From NCBI GenBank assembly GCA_963746845.1, contig CAVVCZ010000004.1, forward strand, positions 608,001 through 672,000: a stretch of 64,000 nt of DNA, read 5' to 3'. The stretch's first letter is position 1, and the number at the start of each line of letters is the position of its first letter. This stretch comes from an uncultured Chloroflexia bacterium (GTDB taxonomy: Bacteria; Chloroflexota; Limnocylindria; Limnocylindrales; CSP1-4). The notes under the pieces are model-generated. The model was not told where the DNA came from, searched no databases, and saw nothing but the letters and a program-made list of their open reading frames with translations. Positions 10,200 through 19,745 of this stretch are shown here, piece after piece. The position numbers and the translations under genes are program-made.

Positions 10200-12350
10200 G
10201 TGTTCCCGGCATTCGAGCACGTCCCCGCCTACCCGCTCGCCTTCATCGTCTTCTGGGGCGCGGCCGCGATCTTCGCCCTCGCGATGGCCCGCCACCTCCG
10301 CGTCTTCGCTGCCGCGCGCCCGGCCATCGCCCAACCGTCGCCGCTCGGCGACATCCCGCGACGGTTCGCCGGCCTGATCGAGTACGCGTTCGTCCAGACG
10401 AAGATGTTCAAGGACTGGCACGCCGGGCTGATGCATGCCGGGATCTTCTGGGGCTTCGTCCTGCTGACGATCGGGACCGCGAACATCGTCACGGGCGGCC
10501 TGATCCAGTCGATCCTGTCGATCCCGCTGGACGGCGCGTTGTGGGCCGCGATCTCGGCGATGCAGAACGTCGTGGCGGTGATCGTGCTCGTCTCGATCGC
10601 CTGGGCGTTCGAGCGCCGGCTGATCTCGAAGCCGCGACGCCTCACGTACAACCGCGACGCGCTGATCATCCTGTTGATGATCGGCGGCGTCGTCGCCACC
10701 GAGCTGTTCGCCCAGGTCTTCGAGGTCGCCCGCTACGGGGACGTCCCGGGAGCGTTCGTCGCCAACGCCCTCGGCGGCGCGCTGTCCGGCCTCCCGCCGA
10801 CCACGCTCGAGATCGCCTTCGTGATCCTGTGGTGGGCGCACATCGCCCTGGTCGCAGCCTTCCTCGTCTACCTGCCGTTCAGCAAGCACCTCCACATCGC
10901 GACCGCCTTCCCGAACATCTGGTACCGGAAGCTCAAGCCGCGCGGCGAGCTGCCGGCGATGGACCTCGAGCGTGAGGACGCGACGTTCGGGCTGAAGTCG
11001 CTCCAGGACCTCGGCTGGAAGGACCTCCTCGACGGGTTCACGTGCACCGAATGCGGCCGGTGCCAGGCGGCGTGCCCGGCGAATGCCACCGGCAAGCCGC
11101 TGAACCCGAAGGCCTTCATCATGGGGATCCGGGACCTCTCGGTCGACGCCGAGCACGGGCTCGACCTGATCCCGAACAACCCGATCGTGCGCGACACCTA
11201 CGGCCTCGACAATTCGACCCCGGCTCCTGCCCGGATGGCAGCCGCGATCGTCGACGAGGCGATCCCGTACGACGCCGTGTGGGACTGCGTGACGTGCGGT
11301 GCCTGCGTCGAGGCCTGCCCGGTGCTGATCGAGCACGTCGACAAGATCGTCGGGCTCCGCCGGAACCTCGTGCTGGAGGAGTCGCGCTTCCCGGCGGAGC
11401 TGACGGGCGCGTTCCGCGGGATGGAGGGCCAGGGCAACCCGTGGGGCCAGCCGGCCTCGACCCGGACCGACTGGACGAAGGGCCTGCCGTTCGAGGTCCC
11501 GACCGTCGCCTCGCTCGCGGCGTCACCCGGCGGGCTGGACGGGCTCGAGGTCCTGTACTGGGTCGGCTGCGCGGCCGCGTTCGACGAGCGGAACAAGCGG
11601 GTGGCCCGGGCGGTCGCCACCTGTCTGAACGCCGCCGGCATCCGGTTCGCGATCCTCGGGCAGGAGGAGTCGTGCACCGGCGACCCGGCGCGCCGGATGG
11701 GCAACGACTACGTGTTCCAGATCCTCGCGTCGGGCAACGTCGAGACCCTGAACCGGTACGGGATGGGGCAGCGGACGATCGTGACGGCGTGTCCGCACTG
11801 CTTCAACACGATCGGCAACGAGTACGGCCAGCTGGGCGGTTCGTACCAGGTCGTCCACCACTCGACGTACCTGCAGGGGCTCCTGGCGGACGGCCGGCTG
11901 CGGGTCGCGGCCGACGGCGCGGAGGCCGCGGGCTCGGTGACGTACCACGACTCGTGCTACCTGGCCCGCTACAACGGCGTGATGGCGGCGCCACGCGACG
12001 TGCTGGGCGCCGTGCCGGGCCTGGAGCTGCGTGAGATGGAGAAGAGTGGCCGCAACACGTTCTGCTGCGGTGCCGGCGGCGGCCGGATGTGGATGGAGGA
12101 GACGCGCGGGACGCGGATCAACGCCGAGCGGACGCGTCAGGCGCTCGAGACCGGCGCGTCGACGGTGGCGACCGCCTGCCCGTTCTGCATGACGATGCTG
12201 AAGGACGGGCTGAGCGATGCCCAATCCGCGGCCGGCTCGGCCGAGCCCGGTGCCGGCGTCGTCAGCGCGCGCGACGTCGCGGAGATCCTCGCCGACGTCG
12301 TGGTCGCGGCGCCGGTCGATCCCCGGCGGGCGCTGCCGGTCCTGCAGTAG
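10200..12350 (+). CDS. FadF-like membrane Fe-S oxidoreductase (heme-b TM domain, 2x[4Fe-4S], CCG domains); probable ETF:quinone oxidoreductase
   Basis: TM domain ending SKHLH, CTECGRCQAACP, CVTCGACVEACP, CCGAGGG; next to ACAD-etfBA. Confidence 0.9.
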   Translation: MFPAFEHVPAYPLAFIVFWGAAAIFALAMARHLRVFAAARPAIAQPSPLGDIPRRFAGLIEYAFVQTKMFKDWHAGLMHAGIFWGFVLLTIGTANIVTGGLIQSILSIPLDGALWAAISAMQNVVAVIVLVSIAWAFERRLISKPRRLTYNRDALIILLMIGGVVATELFAQVFEVARYGDVPGAFVANALGGALSGLPPTTLEIAFVILWWAHIALVAAFLVYLPFSKHLHIATAFPNIWYRKLKPRGELPAMDLEREDATFGLKSLQDLGWKDLLDGFTCTECGRCQAACPANATGKPLNPKAFIMGIRDLSVDAEHGLDLIPNNPIVRDTYGLDNSTPAPARMAAAIVDEAIPYDAVWDCVTCGACVEACPVLIEHVDKIVGLRRNLVLEESRFPAELTGAFRGMEGQGNPWGQPASTRTDWTKGLPFEVPTVASLAASPGGLDGLEVLYWVGCAAAFDERNKRVARAVATCLNAAGIRFAILGQEESCTGDPARRMGNDYVFQILASGNVETLNRYGMGQRTIVTACPHCFNTIGNEYGQLGGSYQVVHHSTYLQGLLADGRLRVAADGAEAAGSVTYHDSCYLARYNGVMAAPRDVLGAVPGLELREMEKSGRNTFCCGAGGGRMWMEETRGTRINAERTRQALETGASTVATACPFCMTMLKDGLSDAQSAAGSAEPGAGVVSARDVAEILADVVVAAPVDPRRALPVLQ

Positions 12351-12389
12351 GTCGCCCTCACCAGTCGCCGGGGCCTGCGCGGGGCGAGG

Positions 12390-12614
12390 CTAGCCGGGCA
12401 GCTGCTCGTGGCAGCTGATGCAGTTGCGGTCCGTCCACAGGTTGTACATCCCGCAGTTCGGACAGCGCGTCTCGCCCTCGGTCGACGTCGCATAGGGGCT
12501 CACGCGGTTGCGGGCGTCGCGATCGTGTCGCTGGCGGCGGACGATGAACGTCATCGCGACGACACCGACGGCTGCGGCTCCCACCATCAAGAGCAGCTCC
12601 TGGGTCAGGTTCAT
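12390..12614 (-). CDS. Small membrane-anchored zinc-ribbon protein
   Basis: TM helix then CPNC...CISC; GGAGG upstream. Confidence 0.7.
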   Translation of the reverse strand: MNLTQELLLMVGAAAVGVVAMTFIVRRQRHDRDARNRVSPYATSTEGETRCPNCGMYNLWTDRNCISCHEQLPG

Positions 12615-12754
12615 GCCGGAACCTCCGCGACTGGAGCGCGCACCCGGGCGGCCGCTCGCCGCGTTGCGGAACAGCCTACCCGCTCGACCCCAAGACCGGC
12701 CAGGAGCGGCCTGGCGTCGACTGAGTGCACCACGCCGCTGCTACGATTCGGCCC

Positions 12755-13948
12755 ATGGCACGCTCGAACCCGCCCGCCGAGCCCCCGCCGAGCCCCACCT
12801 ATCGTCTGACCGACGACCAGTCCGCGCTCCGTGACGCCGTCCGCGTCCTGGCGGATGAGCGGATCGCGCCGCGCGCCGCGGAGATCGACCGGACGGCCGA
12901 GTTCCCGTGGGACGTCAAGGAGATCCTTGCCTCGCACGACATCCTGTCCCTCCCGTATCCGGCGTCGCACGGCGGCCTCGGCGGGGAGCTGCTGACGGTC
13001 TGTCTCGCGATCGAGCAGATCAGCCGGGTCTGTGCGACGAGCGGCCTGATCCTCGCCGTCCACGAGCTGGCGAGCCTGCCGCTCCTCCTCGCCGGGACCG
13101 ATGAGCAGAAGGACCGCTGGTTCCCGGACCTCGCCGCCGGGGGCAAGCTGATCGCGTTCGCCCTCACGGAAGCCGAGGCCGGCAGCGATGTCACGGCCGG
13201 CCGGACACGAGCGGTTCGCGACGGCGACGACTGGATCCTCGACGGCTCGAAGCGGTTCATCAGCCAGGGCAGCGTTGCGGACCTGATCACGGTCTTCGCG
13301 GCGACCGACGACGCCGAGGACACGCCGCGACATCGTCGGATGAGCTGTTTCATCGTCGAGAAGGACATGCCGGGCTTCGTCGTCGAGCGGGTCGAGCACA
13401 AGATGGGGATCCGCGGCTCGCCGACCGCCGAGCTGAGCTTCACCGGCGTCCGCGTCCCGGACGCGAACCGCGTCGGTGACGTCGGCCAGGGCTTCGAGCT
13501 CGCCATGCGCACGCTCGACCGCAGCAGGCCCGGGATCGCCGCGCAGGCGGTGGGCATCGCCCAGGGCGCCCTCGACGTCGCGGCCGCCTATGCCCGCGAA
13601 CGGACCCAGTTCGGCAAGCCGATCGCCGAGTTCCAGATGGTCGGCGCGATGCTCGCCGACATGGACTCACAGACGGAGGCGGCGCGGCAGCTCCTGTACA
13701 AGGCCTGCACGGAGATCGAGGCCGGAGCACCGGACGCCGGACGCTGGTCGGCGATGTGTAAACTCGTGGCCGGTGACACCGCGATGCGGGTGACGACGGA
13801 TGCCGTGCAGGTGCTCGGTGGGTACGGCTACATCGACGAGTTCCCGGTCGAGCGGATGATGCGCGACGCCAAGATCACCCAGCTCTACGAGGGGACCCAG
13901 CAGATCCAGCGACTGGTCATCGCTCGGGCACTCACCGCTCCGCGCTGA
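12755..13948 (+). CDS. Acyl-CoA dehydrogenase
   Basis: FALTEAEAGSD, HKMGIRGSPT, GGYGYIDEFPVERMMRDAKITQLYEGTQQIQR. Confidence 0.95.
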   Translation: MARSNPPAEPPPSPTYRLTDDQSALRDAVRVLADERIAPRAAEIDRTAEFPWDVKEILASHDILSLPYPASHGGLGGELLTVCLAIEQISRVCATSGLILAVHELASLPLLLAGTDEQKDRWFPDLAAGGKLIAFALTEAEAGSDVTAGRTRAVRDGDDWILDGSKRFISQGSVADLITVFAATDDAEDTPRHRRMSCFIVEKDMPGFVVERVEHKMGIRGSPTAELSFTGVRVPDANRVGDVGQGFELAMRTLDRSRPGIAAQAVGIAQGALDVAAAYARERTQFGKPIAEFQMVGAMLADMDSQTEAARQLLYKACTEIEAGAPDAGRWSAMCKLVAGDTAMRVTTDAVQVLGGYGYIDEFPVERMMRDAKITQLYEGTQQIQRLVIARALTAPR

Positions 13949-13995
13949 TCGGCCCGACCCACCGCCCGCGACCGTCGAACGGAGGCCGCCCGCTC

Positions 13996-14784
13996 GTGCA
14001 AATCGTCGTTCTCGTGAAGCCCGTGCCGGACACGGCGTCCGGCGGTGAGCGCCTCCGACCCGCCGACTGGCGGCTCGACCGGGCCGCGACGCCGGCGGTC
14101 GTGAACGCAAACGACGAGTACGCGCTCGAGGCGGCGTTGAAGCTGACCGAGGCCCACGGCGGAGAGGTGGTGCTCGTCTCGATGGCCGGCACCGGCGCGC
14201 CCGAGACGATGCGCAAGGCCCTCGCGATGGGCGCCGCGAGCGGCGTCCTCGTCACGGACGACGCGCTCGGCGGCTCCGACACGGTCTCGACGACACGGGT
14301 CCTGGCCGGCGCGCTCCGCGGCATGGACTACGACCTCCTGCTCGCCGGCGCCGACTCGTCCGACGGCGGGGCGGGTGTCGTGCCGGCCGGCGTCGCGGTG
14401 CTCCTCGGGCTGCCGTACCTCTCGTACGCGGCGAAGATCGAGCCGGACCCGGCGGCGGGCCGGGTGCGGGTCCACCGGATCAGCCCGACCGGCTACGACG
14501 TCCTCGAGGCCCCGATGCCGGCGCTGGTCGTCGCGACCCAGGCGCTCGGCGAGCCGCGCTACCCCTCGCTGAAGGGGATCATGGCGGCCCGCTCGAAGAC
14601 GGTCGAGACGAAGGGTCTGGCGAACATCGGGGTCGACGGTCCGGTCGGCGGCGCGGCCGCGACGACGGCGGTCCTCGGGGCGGAGGCGCCGCCGCGGCGT
14701 GCCGCGACCCGGGTCGTCCGCGAGCCGGCAGAGCAGGCCGGGCGGACGGTCGTCGCGTTCCTCGCCGAGCGGAGGATCATCTGA
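13996..14784 (+). CDS. etfB: Electron transfer flavoprotein subunit beta
   Basis: IVVLVKPVPD, DEYALEAAL, ALAMGA, EPRYPSLKGIM. Confidence 0.93.
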   Translation: MQIVVLVKPVPDTASGGERLRPADWRLDRAATPAVVNANDEYALEAALKLTEAHGGEVVLVSMAGTGAPETMRKALAMGAASGVLVTDDALGGSDTVSTTRVLAGALRGMDYDLLLAGADSSDGGAGVVPAGVAVLLGLPYLSYAAKIEPDPAAGRVRVHRISPTGYDVLEAPMPALVVATQALGEPRYPSLKGIMAARSKTVETKGLANIGVDGPVGGAAATTAVLGAEAPPRRAATRVVREPAEQAGRTVVAFLAERRII

Positions 14785-15761
14785 TGGCGGGAGCCATCTG
14801 GGTCCACGGCGAGACGGCGCCGGACGGGAGCCTCGCGAAGATCAGCACGGAGGTCGCGACGCTGGCCCGGTCGCTCGGCGCGGCGGCCGGCCGCGACGTC
14901 GTCGGGGTGGTCGTCTCGGCCGAGCCGGCGGCAGCCGCCGCGGAGCTGGCCGCATTCCTGCCTCGCGTCCTGGCCGTCACGGAGCCCGCGACGAAGGACC
15001 ATGCCGCCGCCTCGATCGTCGGTGAGCGGCTGGCCGGGCTGATCGCGACGCACGGCGCCGCGTACCTGCTCGCCGGAGCGGGACCCGAGGGTCGCGACGT
15101 CGCGGGTGTCGTGTCCGCGTTGACGGGCTGGGGCGTCCTGGTCAACGCGACCGCGGTGCGCTGGGCGGATGGCCCGGTCGTGTCGATGAGCGTCTTCGGC
15201 GGCAAGCTCAACACCACGAGCCGGCTCACCGCCGACACCGGGATCATCACGATGCGCCCCAACACGGTGACCGCCGAACCGGCCGCCGCGACAGGCTCGG
15301 TCGAGACCGTCGGGGTCGCCGGCGAGCTCAGGCTTCCTCGCGTCCCGATCGTCGACCGGGTGGCCGCGGCGACGACGGCGGCACCGATCGAGGAGGCGAG
15401 GATCATCGTCGCCGGCGGTCGCGGCGTCGGCGGTCCCGACGGCTTCAAGGTCGTGGAGGAGCTCGCGGACGCGCTCGGGGGAGCCGTCGGTGCGACGCGG
15501 GCCGCCGTGGACTCCGGCTGGATCCCGTACGCCCAGCAGATCGGCCAGACCGGCAAGATCGTCAAGCCCGCGTTGTACCTCGCGCTCGGGATCTCGGGTG
15601 CGATCCAGCACAAGGTCGGGATGCAGACCGCCGAGACGATCGTCGCCGTGAACCGCGACCCGGATGCCCCGATCGCGGAGTTCGCCGACCTCGTCGTGAT
15701 CGGCGACCTGTTCGAGGTCGCGCCGGCCATCCTCGCCGCGCTCGCGGCGCGGGACGGCTGA
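14784..15761 (+). CDS. etfA: Electron transfer flavoprotein subunit alpha
   Basis: VAGGRG, GATRAAVD, QIGQTGK, GISGAIQH, AVNRDPDAPI. Confidence 0.95.
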   Translation: MAGAIWVHGETAPDGSLAKISTEVATLARSLGAAAGRDVVGVVVSAEPAAAAAELAAFLPRVLAVTEPATKDHAAASIVGERLAGLIATHGAAYLLAGAGPEGRDVAGVVSALTGWGVLVNATAVRWADGPVVSMSVFGGKLNTTSRLTADTGIITMRPNTVTAEPAAATGSVETVGVAGELRLPRVPIVDRVAAATTAAPIEEARIIVAGGRGVGGPDGFKVVEELADALGGAVGATRAAVDSGWIPYAQQIGQTGKIVKPALYLALGISGAIQHKVGMQTAETIVAVNRDPDAPIAEFADLVVIGDLFEVAPAILAALAARDG

Positions 15762-15786
15762 TCGGGCCGGAGCCACGAACCCCGAG

Positions 15787-16344
15787 ATGCAGCCACTGCT
15801 CGCCCTCCCGCTGCTGGCGTTCTTCATCCTGCTGGCCCTGTTCGGGCTCGTGCTCCGGCGGGCCGGGCGGTTCCTTGCCGCGACCCGCGACGTCGAGAAG
15901 TTCCGCCGCCAGATCGGCGACCTTGGCGGGCGGATCGAGACGTCCCTCGGCGAGGTGTGCGTCCGCGTCGACTCGCTCCGGCGCGGCCAGCTCGATGCCG
16001 AGGCCATCGGCGACGACCTGACCGCATCGCTCGACGCCGTGGAGCGCTATGCGGACGAGGCGCGGTCGCTCCATCCGCCCGCGGCAGGCGCGCCGATGCG
16101 CGACGAGATCGTGTCCGAGCTGGAGCGGGCGCGCCGGGCGCTCGAGATGATCGAGCACGGCCGGTCGATCCAGGCTGCGGCGCGCCACGGCAGCCGCGAG
16201 GTCGAGGCGCAGACCTCGATCAAGCGCGGCTACCTGAACGTCCTCCATGCCCGTGAGGCGATCGTCCGCCAGACGGAGCTGGCCCGCAACGTCGGCATCG
16301 ACACGAGCGCTCGCGACTTCGAGCAGCGCAACCGGCCTGCCTGA
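15787..16344 (+). CDS. Hypothetical protein, N-terminal TM plus helical domain
   Basis: Hydrophobic N-terminus, coding-like codon usage. Confidence 0.65.
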   Translation: MQPLLALPLLAFFILLALFGLVLRRAGRFLAATRDVEKFRRQIGDLGGRIETSLGEVCVRVDSLRRGQLDAEAIGDDLTASLDAVERYADEARSLHPPAAGAPMRDEIVSELERARRALEMIEHGRSIQAAARHGSREVEAQTSIKRGYLNVLHAREAIVRQTELARNVGIDTSARDFEQRNRPA

Positions 16345-16365
16345 CCCGGTGCGGCGGGATCGAAG

Positions 16366-16412
16366 ACCCGCTATCTAGTGGTATCATCGGGCGACACCAC
16401 AACCGGTTGTGG
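16366..16412 (+). promoter_or_regulatory. Tandem NrdR boxes flanking an extended -10 element
   Basis: ACCCGCTATCTAGTGG (16366-16381) and palindromic CCACAACCGGTTGTGG (16397-16412), 31 bp apart; TGG-TATCAT with the hexamer at 16382-16387. Confidence 0.75.
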
Positions 16413-16432
16413 TGCGACCAGCAGGAGCCTCG

Positions 16433-16933
16433 ATGCGCTGTCCACATTGCGGGGCCCGGGAGACCCGGGTCGTCGACTCGCGAGACCTCGACGATTCCGC
16501 GACGATCCGGCGCCGTCGGGAATGCACCGCGTGTGCGACCCGGTTCACGACCTATGAGCGGGTGGAGGCCGCCCGGCTGGTCGTCATCAAGCGCGACGGC
16601 AGCCGCCAGGAGTTCGACCGGGAGCGCCTGGCATCGGGGCTGCGCAAGGCGCTGACGCGCCGGCCGGTCGCCGAGGACGCGGCCGAGCGGGCCGCCGACG
16701 AGATCGAGGCCGAGCTGCGCTCGCAGGGCGTCACGGAGGTCGATTCGTCGCGGGTCGGGACGCTCGCGCAGGACAAGCTCCGCGAGCTCGATCAGATCGC
16801 CTACATCCGCTTCGCCAGCGTCTACCAGAGCTTCGACGATCTCGAGGCCCTGAAGCGCGAGGTGGACTCGCTCTATGCCGAGCGCGACGTCGTCGCGATC
16901 GACGTGCGCCACGCCGGCAAGCACGGCCGCTGA
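16433..16933 (+). CDS. nrdR: Transcriptional repressor NrdR
   Basis: MRCPHC..TRVVDSR..IRRRREC..C..RFTTYER, ATP cone, AYIRFASVY. Confidence 0.97.
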   Translation: MRCPHCGARETRVVDSRDLDDSATIRRRRECTACATRFTTYERVEAARLVVIKRDGSRQEFDRERLASGLRKALTRRPVAEDAAERAADEIEAELRSQGVTEVDSSRVGTLAQDKLRELDQIAYIRFASVYQSFDDLEALKREVDSLYAERDVVAIDVRHAGKHGR

Positions 16934-16946
16934 TCGACCGAGCCCG

Positions 16947-18587
16947 ATGAGCGTCCTCTCCGACCGCGACATCCGCGCCGCTCTCGAGGCGGGCGACGTC
17001 GCGATCCGGCCGTACGACCCGACGGACCTCCAGCCGTCCTCGGTCGATCTGCACCTCGATCGTTCGTTCCGGGTCTTCCGGAACAACCGCTACCCGTACA
17101 TCGACGTCCGATCGCCGCAGCCGGACCTCACGGAGATGCTCCACGTCGCCGACGACGAGCCGTTCGTGCTCCACCCGGGCGAGTTCGTGCTCGGTCAGAC
17201 GCTCGAGTGGGTGGAGCTGCCGAACGACCTGGTAGCTCGCCTGGAAGGGAAGGCGCTTGCGCTCGACACTCCCGTGCCGACGCCGACCGGGTGGCGAACC
17301 ATGGGAGACCTGGAGCGCGGCGAGTCGGTCTTCGACGAGACGGGGGCCCCTACGACGGTGACGGCGGTAACGCCGCCGATGACGGACAGGCTGTGCCACG
17401 AGCTCACGTTCTCCGATGGAACGAAGATCGTCGCCGACGCGGATCACCAGTGGGTCACGACGAGCAAGCAAGGGCGTATCCGTGGGCGATCGCTCGTCGA
17501 GATCCGGACCACGGAGCAGATCGCAAGGACCGTGCGAGTCGGCGGGGAGCTGAACCACCACGTGCCGCTGGCCGGACCGGTGCAATACCCACATCGTTTG
17601 GACCTGCCGATTGAGCCATACACGTTTGGCGCATGGTTGGGGGACGGCACAACGACGGCAGCGGCCATTACGTCGATCGACAATGAAGTCCTGGCGCAGA
17701 TCAGTGGCGAGGGCTATCCCGTCCGCCGCCTGATGTACGCGTCAAGCCTGTACAGCATCGGGGCGACCGGCCGAACACGCGATACAGCGACAGGACGGTA
17801 TGCGCGGAACGGCTCTCTATCGAGCCAGCTGCGTAACCTGGGCCTTCGCGAGGGTAAATACGTGCCGCGGATGTACCTCGAGGCGGGTATCGAACAGCGG
17901 CTCGCTCTCCTGCAGGGCCTGATGGACACCGATGGGTACGTGGACGACGTCGCCGGACGGTGCGAGTTCACGAGCACGAATGAGCAGCTTGCCGAATCGG
18001 TCGTGGAGCTTGCCGCCAGTCTCGGCTTCCGTCCGATCAAGTCCGAGGGCCGAGCCACCCTGAACGGCGTCGACAAAGGCCCGAAGTACCGAGTCAAGTT
18101 CACCCCGGACCGCCCGGTCTTCCGTCTCACCCGCAAGCTCGCACGCCAGAAGCCTTCAACCGCCCACTTTCATCGGTTCCGGGCCATTGATGTCGTTCGC
18201 GAGGTTGCCCCCGTTCCTGTTCGCTGCATCCAGGTCGCCTCGCCGCGGGGCGTCTTTCTCGTCTCTCGCTCGTTCATCCCCACCCACAACAGCTCCCTGG
18301 GGCGGCTCGGGCTCCTCATCCACTCCACGGCTGGCTACGTCGATCCGGGCTGGAAGGGCAACCTCACGCTCGAGCTGTCGAACGTGGCGAACCTGCCGAT
18401 CGCGCTCTACTTCGGGATGAAGATCGGCCAGATCTCGTTCTTCAAGATGAGCTCGCCGGTCGAGCGCCCGTACGGCTCGCCCGAGCTCGGCTCGAAGTAC
18501 CAGGGCCAGTCCGAACCGACCGCCTCCGCGTTCCATCGCGACTTCGGAGCCGCCCAGAAGCCCGCGGAGAACGGGTCACGGGGCTGA
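16947..18587 (+). CDS. dcd: dCTP deaminase interrupted by an intein
   Basis: [19 protein letters not shown]|intein|[35 protein letters not shown]. Confidence 0.93.
   Translation: MSVLSDRDIRAALEAGDVAIRPYDPTDLQPSSVDLHLDRSFRVFRNNRYPYIDVRSPQPDLTEMLHVADDEPFVLHPGEFVLGQTLEWVELPNDLVARLEGKALALDTPVPTPTGWRTMGDLERGESVFDETGAPTTVTAVTPPMTDRLCHELTFSDGTKIVADADHQWVTTSKQGRIRGRSLVEIRTTEQIARTVRVGGELNHHVPLAGPVQYPHRLDLPIEPYTFGAWLGDGTTTAAAITSIDNEVLAQISGEGYPVRRLMYASSLYSIGATGRTRDTATGRYARNGSLSSQLRNLGLREGKYVPRMYLEAGIEQRLALLQGLMDTDGYVDDVAGRCEFTSTNEQLAESVVELAASLGFRPIKSEGRATLNGVDKGPKYRVKFTPDRPVFRLTRKLARQKPSTAHFHRFRAIDVVREVAPVPVRCIQVASPRGVFLVSRSFIPTHNSSLGRLGLLIHSTAGYVDPGWKGNLTLELSNVANLPIALYFGMKIGQISFFKMSSPVERPYGSPELGSKYQGQSEPTASAFHRDFGAAQKPAENGSRG
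17253..18290 (+). mobile_element. 346-aa intein with LAGLIDADG homing endonuclease (Ala1, class 3-like)
   Basis: Starts [14 protein letters not shown], block B DADHQW, GAWLGDG and LQGLMDTDG, block F VRCIQV, ends PTHN followed by Ser. Confidence 0.93.
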
Positions 18588-19439
18588 ACGACGCCGTCGA
18601 CTGGCGGCGCGACCTCGGCGGCGGCACGACCGTCGCCCTCGTCCAGGCGGGGACGTTCCGTTCGGACGCCGGCGCGCTGTTCGGGCCCGTGCCGCGGATC
18701 CTGTGGGACCGCTGGGTCAGCCGACGAGATCGACGCGGAGAACCGCCTGCTCCAGGCGCTCAACTGCCTGCTGATCGAGACGCCGGCCGGCCGCGTCCTC
18801 GTCGAGACCGGGATCGGCGAGCGGGTCGACGACAAGACCCGCCGGATGCGTGGCTACGAGGGGCCGTGGATCGTCCCGGCGCTGCGCGACGCGGGCTTCG
18901 ACCCGGCAAGCGTCGACGTCGTCGCGATGAGCCATCTCCACTTCGACCACGCCGGCGGTCTCCTCGCGGCGGACGGCAGCCGCGCCTTCCCGCGGGCGCG
19001 GATCGTCGCCCAGCGGGCCGAATGGGACATCGCCCTCGGCGACAACCCGCGGCTCGTCGCGAGCTACGTCCAGCCCGAGCTGGAGCTGGTCCGGGACTGG
19101 GGCGCCGAGGGCTGGGCCGATGGCGAGCGCGAGATCCTGCCCGGCGTGTCGGTCGTGCCGACCGGCGGCCACTCGGCCGGGCACCAGGCGATCGTCGTCC
19201 GGGCCGCGGGCTCGCCGCCCCTCGCGTTCTTCGGCGACCTGTGCATGCGCCCGTGGAGCGCGAACCCCCGCTGGGTGACCGCGTTCGACGACTTCCCGCT
19301 CACCTCCGTCGAGGTCAAGGCGACGCTGTTCGCCCAGGCCGCCGACGAGGGCTGGACGGTCGTGCTGTCGCACGAGGTCGAGCACCCCGTCGGCCGGCTC
19401 GTGCCCGATCGGGACCGCTATCGCTGGGCGGCGGACTGA
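18584..19439 (+). pseudogene. MBL-fold metallo-hydrolase (YtnP-like) with a frameshift near 18719
   Basis: DAGALFGPVPRILW in one frame, NRLLQALNCLLIET..HLHFDHAGG..GHSAGHQ in the next; apparent CTG start overlapping the dcd stop. Confidence 0.75.
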
Positions 19440-19691
19440 CCGAGGGACGCGTGACCGGCCGAATGACGTAGGCCGGACGTGACGGACGGCCGACACGAAA
19501 CCTGCCAAGTGGCAGGTGGCCGCGAGCGGCAAGGCCCCGGCTACGTTGATCCCAGACAGACGGACCGCCGGACAACAGAGCTGCGACCGGCGGACGCGCA
19601 GACCAGACGGCGGGATGCCGAACGGCTGCGGAGCCGGCATTGATTCCGCTTCGGCGGTCCGTCGTCACTTTCTCTTCGACCGATCCCTCGG
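19440..19691 (-). ncRNA. Candidate rod-shaped ncRNA, 6S/Ms1-like
   Basis: Nested complementary segments fill the gap between convergent genes; G-U pairs favour the minus strand; CCACCTGCC-ACTT-GGCAGGTTTC hairpin on the 3' side of a central bubble. Confidence 0.45.
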
Positions 19692-19745
19692 CTCAGCCTC
19701 CGTGGTGGCCCGTGCCTCGCGCTCGGCCTGGGCGGCGGCCTCGCC

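Noticed and set aside
19490-19600. GAAACC...GCAAGGCC on the + strand resembling a c-di-GMP-I riboswitch
   Set aside because: Poor match, no downstream co-oriented gene, and wobble pairs favour the minus strand.
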